Shown here piece by piece: positions 19,380 to 26,841 of a DNA stretch of 64,000 nucleotides. Origin of the DNA: an uncultured Victivallales bacterium (GTDB lineage: Bacteria > Verrucomicrobiota > Lentisphaeria > Victivallales > GWF2-45-14); assembly GCA_964651145.1 (NCBI GenBank), contig CAZYVR010000001.1:6839-70838 (forward strand), written 5' to 3'. The notes beneath the pieces are model-generated. The model ran no database searches and was not told where the DNA came from. It saw nothing but the letters and a program-made list of their open reading frames with translations. How positions within the stretch are numbered: the stretch's first letter is position 1; every line of letters starts with the position of its first letter. The position numbers and the translations under genes were made by a program.

Positions 19380-19472
19380 ATTTAATTAAAGGCTATGAAG
19401 AGTTGCAGAAGTTAATTCAAACTAGCAACAAAAACTAACTTTTAGAATGCACTTGTGTATAAGGCTTACATT

Positions 19473-20057
19473 ATGGATTTGTTGAATCTCTCTCAAAAGA
19501 TAAGAATGATCAGGCAAAAGCAGAATATGACAGTTTCTCAACTTGCAGAGAAAAGCGGCCTGAGCAAAGGGTTTATATCGCGTCTGGAAAATTTTCGGAT
19601 CAACGCTTCCGTCAAAGCTCTGGCTCAGATTTCCGAGGCTCTTGGAATTTCTATGAGCAACTTGTTCTCTGATGAAGACAAAACGGCCGGATACATATTT
19701 GGCAATCTGGATCAAGGAGAAAAAGTCATCCGCAACGAGAGCGAGGCTTTCGGAATAAACTATTTCTCTCTGGCGTTTGCAAAAACAGACCGCAAACTGG
19801 AGCCTTTCCTGATAGAGTACAAGCCATCAAAACGCCAACGCCGCTTTCTTATGCACGCCGCCGATGAATTTTTTGCATTGCTTGAAGGCAAACTTATATT
19901 TTGCGTCGGCGATGAAAAAAATTGTCGTGAGATGAAATCAGGCGACACGCTGTATCTCTCGAAAAATATTCCTCATGCCGTGAGGCTCGCCGATGACTGC
20001 AAGCACGCCAGAGCGCTTATTGTTTATGACAAGGACAACGAACACATCCGCGTTTGA
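19473..20057 (+). CDS. XRE-family HTH plus cupin-domain transcriptional regulator
   Basis: HTH IRMIRQKQNMTVSQLAEKSGLSKGFISRLEN. C-terminal cupin GDTLYLSKNIPHAVR. The ATG at 19473 is preferred to the GTG at 19455. Confidence 0.85.
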   Translation: MDLLNLSQKIRMIRQKQNMTVSQLAEKSGLSKGFISRLENFRINASVKALAQISEALGISMSNLFSDEDKTAGYIFGNLDQGEKVIRNESEAFGINYFSLAFAKTDRKLEPFLIEYKPSKRQRRFLMHAADEFFALLEGKLIFCVGDEKNCREMKSGDTLYLSKNIPHAVRLADDCKHARALIVYDKDNEHIRV

Positions 20058-20089
20058 ACAAAGATAAATATCATACGCCGCTGTGTTTT

Positions 20090-20854
20090 TCAGCGCATAA
20101 TAGGCAAATCGCATGTCTTTATAATAAACAATACAGCCATGGAAATAAAATTATGGAGGGAATGCAACAAAATACATGGATAAAGAGAGCGACAGTAAAT
20201 AAACAAGATTTGAAGAACTACTCCCAGTAAAAAAAGAGCAGGCAAATGCGTGAGAGTCTGATGCACTCCGGCAAAAAAAACAGCCGTTATAAAAATGGCT
20301 GAGCCAACGCTCATATAACGATTCAGAAAACTGAAAATAATCCGCCTGAAAATGATTTCCTCCACGATTGGAGCAATAACAACCGCGCCAAAAGCTATAA
20401 TAATAAAGCTTGTCATCGAAGATTGCTTTATGATGGTCTGCAGCAAAGGAGCCTCTCCGCTAATGCCATATGAAGACAACAAAAAGTTGAATATAATAAT
20501 TACCGCGGCCAAGGCTGGAAGAAGCGGCAATTCTATTCCTATGACCAAAGGAATATAGAAAAACTTCCAATTGACCAGTTTCAGCCTTTCAGCAACAGAC
20601 GGGCCGCCTTTGATGACAAATGCTATCATCAAAACAGAGCCCAGCATGATTAACTGATGAGGAATAACGCTAATAAAAACCTTGACTTCTTCAGGCATTT
20701 TCGCCAAAACGGACAGATCAGGCAAAATAAATCCCAGAGCCGCCGGAATAAGCACAAAACATATTATCAGAAACAACAGCGAAATCATAAAAGAAGCGGC
20801 AAGCCAATGATCGCTTCCCACCTCTTTTTCAATGTTTTCAGACAATGTGTCCAT
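20090..20854 (-). CDS. CPBP family intramembrane glutamic endopeptidase (CAAX protease-like)
   Basis: Polytopic membrane protein with EEIIFRRIIF (motif 1) and FAGVH...HSLHNF (His motifs). Confidence 0.8.
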   Translation of the reverse strand: MDTLSENIEKEVGSDHWLAASFMISLLFLIICFVLIPAALGFILPDLSVLAKMPEEVKVFISVIPHQLIMLGSVLMIAFVIKGGPSVAERLKLVNWKFFYIPLVIGIELPLLPALAAVIIIFNFLLSSYGISGEAPLLQTIIKQSSMTSFIIIAFGAVVIAPIVEEIIFRRIIFSFLNRYMSVGSAIFITAVFFAGVHQTLTHLPALFLLGVVLQILFIYCRSLYPCILLHSLHNFISMAVLFIIKTCDLPIMR

Positions 20855-20878
20855 AAACCTTATTTTTTTTAGACGGCG

Positions 20879-21739
20879 TCACTTTGCGCTTTTAGCCGGT
20901 GTTGAATTAGGGGCAGGCACTTTTTCTGTTTTCTTGGCCGGTTGTTTTTTCGGAGTAGACTTTGCCTTTGCTTTTGCCTTTGCCTTTGCCTTTTTTGCGG
21001 CAGCTTCGCTCTTAAGCCTTTCCTGGTCTTGTTTTTCCAGCTTTTTTAATTTTCGAATGGCATAATAGCCTATTTTCTTTTTGAACTTCTTGGACAACTC
21101 TTTATACTTCAGAAACTTAACTCCGCCATCATAAGCTATGTCTATCCCTCTCGGGTTCATATTGGTTATTTTTGCTTTTTTATAGGTTTTATTCTTTGTT
21201 TTTATGGTAAACAGAGAATTTTCCCTGAGCTTGTCGCTTTTTGAAATTTCTGTTTTCAAATCGCTTTTTGCCATTTCGCGTTCTCTCTCGGCTTTCAGAT
21301 TTGCAAGCAATTTTTTCTTCAAAGCATTTCTTTTTTCTTCCGTTGCCTTGCGTCTTTTTTCAGCGTCAAGCTTCTTTTTTTTAGCCGCCTTGCGTCTTTT
21401 TTCAGCGTCAAGCTTTCTCTTTTTAGCCGCTTTCTTTTTATTTATCTCCGCTTGTTTCTTTTTATTTATCTCCGCTTGTTTCTTTTTTTCCTCATTGTCT
21501 TTTTTGGCTTGTTCGCGCATCTGATCTTCCTTTGCCAGCCTCATGCGCTCGCCTTCTATATATGCTTTATGAAAGAAAAAAGCTATGACCCCGGCTATCA
21601 AAAGAATAATGATAAGATAGCCCATATTGCGGTTTTTCTTCTTCTTCGCAAATTCTTTAGCCATAGCCTCAGCCAAAGCGGCCTGCTCAGCAGGACTTTG
21701 CTCTGCTTCTTTATCTTTTTTATCCAAACTCAAACTCAT
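20879..21739 (-). CDS. lysine-rich, tandem-repeat, single-pass membrane protein of unknown function
   Basis: One TM (MGYLIIILLIAGVIAFFF), then a K/E/A coiled low-complexity region with exact peptide repeats (KKQAEINK x2, AAKK[R/K]KLDAEKRRK x2, (KA)6). A short beta-rich C-terminal segment follows (FTIKTKNKTYKKAKITNMNPRGIDIAYDGGVKFLKY). No family recognised. Confidence 0.6.
   Translation of the reverse strand: MSLSLDKKDKEAEQSPAEQAALAEAMAKEFAKKKKNRNMGYLIIILLIAGVIAFFFHKAYIEGERMRLAKEDQMREQAKKDNEEKKKQAEINKKKQAEINKKKAAKKRKLDAEKRRKAAKKKKLDAEKRRKATEEKRNALKKKLLANLKAEREREMAKSDLKTEISKSDKLRENSLFTIKTKNKTYKKAKITNMNPRGIDIAYDGGVKFLKYKELSKKFKKKIGYYAIRKLKKLEKQDQERLKSEAAAKKAKAKAKAKAKSTPKKQPAKKTEKVPAPNSTPAKSAK
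20961..20994. repeat. hexanucleotide tandem repeat (gcYttt)n inside the Lys-rich gene
   Basis: tttgcctttgcttttgcctttgcctttgcctttt read directly. It encodes AKAKAKAKAKAK on the minus strand. Confidence 0.9.
21345..21489. repeat. two adjacent coding tandem repeats (42 bp x2, 24 bp x2.4)
   Basis: The 42-bp unit gccttgcgtcttttttcagcgtcaagctt... occupies 21345-21386 and 21387-21428. The 24-bp unit tttctttttatttatctccgcttg occupies 21431-21454 and 21455-21478, with a partial third copy. Confidence 0.9.
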
Positions 21740-22023
21740 TTTAAACGCCCTTCAGTCAATTTTATAACTTCAATTAAGATACACTCAAAATAGCATATCA
21801 TCTTTTTAAATCAAGCGTAAAGCATAAAGGGACTTGCCGTTTGACGCTAAAATTCAACCTTTAACAAATTGCTCATATCTCTTTTGATTGCAATTACATA
21901 TGGAATAAAAGGTCATGCTGAAATTTACATTATACCACCTGAAAACAATCAAATAAAAACGCTTTTGTTTGACGCTCGACAATTTTTTAAAGAAAGGATC
22001 AAATTAAACAGGATAATCTAAAA

Positions 22024-22542
22024 ATGGATAAATTTAAACAATGCCTTGAGGCAGACTTGAGAAAGCGTCAGCTTCTCCCAGGCAAAAACATCAAAATAGA
22101 AAAAACATCGGACGGTTGGAAAATAAACGCAAATTTTTCTAATAAAACAGACGCAATCGAATCCTACAACGGATATTTTGCCGCCACAAATACTAGTGAT
22201 GAAGACAATCAAAAGGTAAAAATAACAAGCGGATATGCGTCTGTTAATGGAAACTCATTTGAAGTAAAAGATGATGAGTTAACAGATGGCGAAATAACAT
22301 TTGCGGCAGAATTAACAATCACGGCAGAAGCATATATTTTTCTGCAAGCAGTTTATGACACTGGATCCGGCACAATAAGCGCGCCAACTATTGAACAATC
22401 GGCAACATTTCCACCACAGGGAGCAAATGTATTTAGAGGCCCAATAGCTCACATAAAATGGAATGGAACCGATTCAGTAATAAAAAGCATTTTTCAGATT
22501 CATTATGGCATGATGTATGGAATAATAACGGGGACTTGTTAA
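22024..22542 (+). CDS. hypothetical protein (172 aa), first gene of an AT-rich orphan trio
   Basis: Long ORF in a region of about one-third GC. Its stop overlaps the next start (TAATG at 22540-22544). No TM or signal peptide. The segment LPGKNIKIEKTSDGWKINA resembles short beta-strand repeats seen in fibre-like proteins, but no family is recognised. Confidence 0.55.
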   Translation: MDKFKQCLEADLRKRQLLPGKNIKIEKTSDGWKINANFSNKTDAIESYNGYFAATNTSDEDNQKVKITSGYASVNGNSFEVKDDELTDGEITFAAELTITAEAYIFLQAVYDTGSGTISAPTIEQSATFPPQGANVFRGPIAHIKWNGTDSVIKSIFQIHYGMMYGIITGTC

Positions 22543-24104
22543 TGAAACCTTGGCTTAAAGACAATAAAATAGTTAGCTCAAACGGGCTTATTTGTCAGGA
22601 TGTAAAATGCCCTTGTGGCGATGGCATTTATGTACCTCGCTTTTCTTCTTTTTTTCCAATGTCATGTACATTGATACCGGGCGCTGAACCTTTAACTTCT
22701 ACAAATAGTGAATGGGAACTATGTTTTTATGATGAATTTGATATAGAAACTCAAACATGGGAGAAACCACCATTGCATGAGTGCGAAGACGAAACTGATT
22801 CAAGAACTGATTTCTTTTTTGGTTTAACTGAACATTATGCCCAATTCATTTGTTATAATGGTTTTTTATATTTTTATACTGGGGTAAAATCCACTAGATG
22901 GGATGGATTAAGACCTTCGCCTGCTTATTTTATAGCTCTTGATTACACTAATCAAACAGATAACGAAGGTAATATTTATTCTTTTGAAATAACAAATAGA
23001 CCAAGTGATTCAGTTGATATAGCAGCTAGTCATCTTGCTGTTATTAGTGATTACTTATATGAATATAATGTATATGTAACCGATGGTGTAAGTTCTCCAG
23101 TGTTAGTTGGTAATTATAAAATAAAAATTTCTTTTGCCCACTTTAGGCACACAGACCCTGAACCAGTTCCTGTAGTTGCTGATTATGTAAATTATGGTGA
23201 TTTTCCAGATGGACAGGATAAATACATCCCAGCCGCAATAACTGCATATGATAGTTCAGACACAGAAATATTTACAGACACTTATTGGGTTCATGTAATA
23301 GGTATATTGTTTCAAGATTGTATACCAGATATTAAGTATTGTGTCGTTGGAAGCTGTTCGTATCACGCGAGCGATTGCAGTGGTTGCTTGCGCTCCAGTA
23401 GTGTTTTCGTAACTCAAGAACAGACGGCGGCAAAGCTTTCTGGCGATTGCAGACATAAATCACAATTGACTGCCGGAATGACTTCCAAAAAATACACAGT
23501 GCTGGCTTGTGGTTTTGACACGCAAGCAGAGGCTAATCAGTATATAGATGACCATGATTTACGGGCTGGGCTAGAAGAGTCCTGTGGCAATGGTGGATGG
23601 TACATTATAGGCACATGCAACTGTGATGATAATAATTGCGAATATTGTGAAAGCGGCTCTTTGTCCATTGCCTGTGATTCTGATTTTGAAACTGGTTGCG
23701 TTGATTCTGAATCAATAAATATAATGGCAGGCCCATTTAATACACTAACGGAAGCTCAAAATACTTTAGATGACAATCGTTCAAGTTATGAGGATGACCT
23801 TGACGGAGTTTGCGGCGATTGCGGCGATTGCGGTGGAGGTGAATGGTATGTTGTCTTGCTTGATCTCTATGTTTGGGCGGCTGTTGGTGCCTGTGCTGAA
23901 CATAATTTTTATAAAAATATATACGCCATTGTCACACAAACGTGGATAGATGACGCTGTAGCAACAGGCAGAGATTGTGTTAGAGCGCCTAGTGGATGGT
24001 CTATGCATTATAACTGTACATATGAAATAGTAGAAGGACCCTGTGAGCAGGGCTATGCTGGTTGCAGAGCTTCTAAATTAAATAACGCACATGGTTATTC
24101 TTAA
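22542..24104 (+). CDS. hypothetical Cys-rich acidic protein (520 aa) with internal repeats
   Basis: ORF 22458-24104; the ATG at 22542 (MKPWLKDNK) is coupled to the upstream stop. About 40 Cys, many in CxxC/CxC clusters. Contains the CGDCGDCGG run (9-bp tandem repeat, 23811-23837). No TM or signal peptide and no family recognised. Confidence 0.55.
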   Translation: MKPWLKDNKIVSSNGLICQDVKCPCGDGIYVPRFSSFFPMSCTLIPGAEPLTSTNSEWELCFYDEFDIETQTWEKPPLHECEDETDSRTDFFFGLTEHYAQFICYNGFLYFYTGVKSTRWDGLRPSPAYFIALDYTNQTDNEGNIYSFEITNRPSDSVDIAASHLAVISDYLYEYNVYVTDGVSSPVLVGNYKIKISFAHFRHTDPEPVPVVADYVNYGDFPDGQDKYIPAAITAYDSSDTEIFTDTYWVHVIGILFQDCIPDIKYCVVGSCSYHASDCSGCLRSSSVFVTQEQTAAKLSGDCRHKSQLTAGMTSKKYTVLACGFDTQAEANQYIDDHDLRAGLEESCGNGGWYIIGTCNCDDNNCEYCESGSLSIACDSDFETGCVDSESINIMAGPFNTLTEAQNTLDDNRSSYEDDLDGVCGDCGDCGGGEWYVVLLDLYVWAAVGACAEHNFYKNIYAIVTQTWIDDAVATGRDCVRAPSGWSMHYNCTYEIVEGPCEQGYAGCRASKLNNAHGYS

Positions 24105-24125
24105 TAAAAACAAAAGGAAAATAAA

Positions 24126-24707
24126 ATGAATATAAATATCTCAAGCGAAGTACTGGAAATGAACGACAAGCACATTGTCAAATTTATGAAAAACAATGAC
24201 ACTAAAAAACTTTTAAAATCATTCAATGGAAGAACTGATATTGGGTTTAGAAACGGAATGATTGTTTTGCTCAATAAAGAGGCTGAAATAAAAGAAAAAA
24301 CAAAACTGGGAATACAAATTCCAATAAGAAGCGAAAAAAGAAACATAAACACAGAGCATTGCATAAAATGCACGATGAAACATCTTGCGGCGGCAATCGT
24401 TGAAATGGGCGAACTCCGCAAAGGTTACTGGAATACAGACCATGAGATTTATTGCGCTGGAAACCTTAACGAAGCATCCGAGCAAATAGACGCTTATTCA
24501 AATAAAACAGCCATGACAATAAGAGGCATAAGGATAGATATTTTTGAGACAAAAAAAGAAGTGACTGAGCAGCACATTCAAGATGCAAAAGACATATTTT
24601 GGGATGTGAAAGAAATGCTGAAGAATCCGCCAGAATTGAAACCCAAAAAAGAGTGCGGATGCAATAAACGTAAAAAAACTGGAGATAATGAAAAACGCGT
24701 CTCTTGA
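24126..24707 (+). CDS. hypothetical protein (193 aa), third gene of the orphan trio
   Basis: SD-like aaaagga upstream, 21 nt after the previous stop. Contains HCIKCTMKHLAAAIVEMGELRKGYWNTDHEIYCAGNLNEASEQ and a basic C-terminus with CGCNKRKK. No family recognised. Confidence 0.55.
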   Translation: MNINISSEVLEMNDKHIVKFMKNNDTKKLLKSFNGRTDIGFRNGMIVLLNKEAEIKEKTKLGIQIPIRSEKRNINTEHCIKCTMKHLAAAIVEMGELRKGYWNTDHEIYCAGNLNEASEQIDAYSNKTAMTIRGIRIDIFETKKEVTEQHIQDAKDIFWDVKEMLKNPPELKPKKECGCNKRKKTGDNEKRVS

Positions 24708-24723
24708 ATAGACTTCTTAATTT

Positions 24724-24918
24724 TGATGGCTCCGTCAAAAGTCCTGAAAAATAAAAAAGCCGACGGAGTCGGAATAAAAACCGGACTATGTCAGGACGGC
24801 ATCCAGCGGCGGAATCGCTGGTCGGCAAAGCCGAAAGCTGTTGGCGCATAAAAGATTGCGCGACAGCAAGCTTTATTTCATTGCAGCGGCAGCTCCCTGG
24901 ACTTTTGGCGGCTTCGTC
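24724..24918 (+). mobile_element. MITE-like structured repeat, copy A (archetype)
   Basis: 195 bp with no ORF. Terminal inverted repeats CCGTCAAAAGTCC (24732-24744) and GGACTTTTGGCGG (24899-24911). Flanked by direct TAATTT (24718-24723 and 24919-24924). Interior hairpins at 24760-24772, 24781-24795, 24803-24821 and 24823-24833. Related copies occur elsewhere in the window. Confidence 0.6.
24747..24795 (-). terminator. tandem intrinsic terminators for the mscS-gmhB operon, supplied by repeat copy A
   Basis: Read on the minus strand: cctgacatagtccgg followed by tttttat, then ccgactccgtcgg followed by cttttttattttt. They lie 146-194 nt downstream of the gmhB-like stop (24941). Confidence 0.55.
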
Positions 24919-24940
24919 TAATTTCCAGAGCAGGCGCCAA

Positions 24941-25513
24941 TTAGCTGGCTTGAGAATTGCCTTTAAGGAGTAGTTTAACGGCTTCTTTTATGTTTTGGGC
25001 TATGATTGCCCCTTTTGCTTCTGGCGAAGCGGCTTCCTGTTCGCCATGCCCAGTCTTGACTAGAACAGTCTGCTTGCATCCCGCGTTTTCAGCCGCTTTA
25101 AGGTCGCTTAATTTGTCGCCTATCATAAAGGATTCGGCTAGATTTATAGAGTGGTCTTTTGCGGCTTGCAAGATCATTCCAGGCTCCGGCTTGCGGCAGC
25201 GGCATTCCAAAGAATATTTTGAAATGTTGCCATCTTTGTGGTGTGGACAATAATAGTACGCGCTGATCGCGGCTCCTGATCCGGCAAGGAGCTCGTCTAT
25301 TCTGGCGTTGACTTTTTTTACGCTTTCCTCGTCAAACATTCCTCTGGCCACGCCGGATTGATTGGATGCTACTATTGCTAAATAGCCGTTTTCTTCAAGC
25401 AGCTTGATGGCGTCTGAGGCTCCGGGGATAAGCCTGACTTTGTCTGGCGAATCTATATAATGCTCTTCTTCGATGAGCACTCCGTCTCTGTCCAGAAAAC
25501 ATGCTTTTTTCAT
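24941..25513 (-). CDS. gmhB: HAD-IIIA phosphatase, D,D-heptose 1,7-bisphosphate phosphatase-like
   Basis: MKKACFLDRDGVLIEE (DxDGT/V motif), SNQSGVARG, CRKPEPGM and MIGDKLSDLKAAENAG. The ATG at 25513 is preferred to the TTG at 25534. Confidence 0.75.
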   Translation of the reverse strand: MKKACFLDRDGVLIEEEHYIDSPDKVRLIPGASDAIKLLEENGYLAIVASNQSGVARGMFDEESVKKVNARIDELLAGSGAAISAYYYCPHHKDGNISKYSLECRCRKPEPGMILQAAKDHSINLAESFMIGDKLSDLKAAENAGCKQTVLVKTGHGEQEAASPEAKGAIIAQNIKEAVKLLLKGNSQAS

Positions 25514-25550
25514 TATGTCAAAAACTTTCAACAAGTTTGCGTTTTATTGG

Positions 25551-26486
25551 CTAAGATATTGCTGATTCAGTCGCGGCTTTGGATTTTTTTTCATTCATAT
25601 TATCGTAAAAGCGTTGCGTTGGGTATGCAAAATCAATGTCATTGTATTTGGCAAATTCTTCAAGGATGCTTTCCCACATGGCTTCTTCGCTTCCCCTGCG
25701 ATTGCGCGGCTGGACAAGGTATCGCATTGTCAGCAAAACTCCTGATTCAGTCACCGACGTGTAAACAATAGGCGTGAGATTTTTATAGAATATCAGATAT
25801 TTTTTGCTGGCTTCTTTTATCCTTTTTTCAGCCGGGCCTGAAAAATCATCTGAATTTCTTTGAGCAATTTCAAGAAGAACTTTTTTGCCTTTTTTCCAAT
25901 TGCTTTCAAAAGTCACAAGCACTGGCACTTCGTTCCAGATAAACTTGAAGCCTTCTGTATAGTTTATAATGTTGTCAGTAAGAATCTTGCTGTTTGACAC
26001 ATGAATAACCCGTCCTGTGCTCTGATCCGCATGGACCCATTTGCCAACTTCATTCAATGAGAATTTAAAGGGGCTTATATCAATGACATCTCCTTTTATC
26101 TCGTTGTCTATCTCAATGCGGTCGCCTATTTTAAACGGTCTGCGCCATAAAATAAAAAGCCATCCCGCCAGACTTTTAATCAAGTCCTGAAGCGCAATTG
26201 TAAGACCGGCGGCAATAAGTCCAAGCACATAAACCACCGATTCAGTCGCTTCAACCCATATTCTGGCAAGAGCCAGGAGAAGGATAATCAGATATGCGTA
26301 TCCTATACCCTTGCGCCAACGGTAACGCGCTTGCGGGTCGCTTGTTTTGCGCCAGATAAGCCTTTTGAAAAGAGTTTTTAATAGCCATAAGAGCAAAATG
26401 GCAATCAGGGAAACAAGCATTCTGGCTTGCCACTCCGAATCTAAGCCGGTAATCGCTTGTACCCAAATTCTAATGTCTTCTATCAT
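25551..26486 (-). CDS. mechanosensitive ion channel (MscS) family protein
   Basis: Three N-terminal TMs, then RPFKIGDRIEIDNEIKGDVIDISPFKFSL (MscS beta-domain signature). Confidence 0.8.
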   Translation of the reverse strand: MIEDIRIWVQAITGLDSEWQARMLVSLIAILLLWLLKTLFKRLIWRKTSDPQARYRWRKGIGYAYLIILLLALARIWVEATESVVYVLGLIAAGLTIALQDLIKSLAGWLFILWRRPFKIGDRIEIDNEIKGDVIDISPFKFSLNEVGKWVHADQSTGRVIHVSNSKILTDNIINYTEGFKFIWNEVPVLVTFESNWKKGKKVLLEIAQRNSDDFSGPAEKRIKEASKKYLIFYKNLTPIVYTSVTESGVLLTMRYLVQPRNRRGSEEAMWESILEEFAKYNDIDFAYPTQRFYDNMNEKKSKAATESAIS

Positions 26487-26592
26487 AATTTAACAAATGT
26501 CCTCTATGCTGCCTCTACAATATTGGACTTTCCCCAAGATTCAAGACTGGAGAAAGGGAACAGGAAAAATATTACCCTCACTTCAGTAATGC

Positions 26593-26841
26593 GACGAAGC
26601 CGCCAAAAGTCCCGGGAGCTGTCGCTGCAACGAAATAAAGCTTGTTGTCGCTTCGCGCCCCAACAAGCCGCAGGCTTTTAACGCGCCATGCGCGCTGTCG
26701 CGCAATCTTTTATATGCCAACAGCTTTCGGCTTTGCCGACCAGCGGTTCCGCCGCTGGATGGCGTCCGGACAAAGTCCGGTTTTTATTCCGACTCCGTCG
26801 GCTTTTTTAAAGTTTTAAGACTTTTAAAACTCAGTTTATCC
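26593..26841 (-). mobile_element. MITE-like structured repeat, copy B (inverted relative to A, with a ~48-nt internal insertion)
   Basis: The reverse complement of copy A aligns end to end: gacgaagccgccaaaagtcc...cgcgcaatctttta...ccagcggttccgccgctgg...ccggacaaagtccggtttttattccgactccgtcggctttttt. Flanked by direct AATGC (26588-26592 and 26842-26846). The right 58 nt overlap the pdxB 3' end. Confidence 0.6.
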
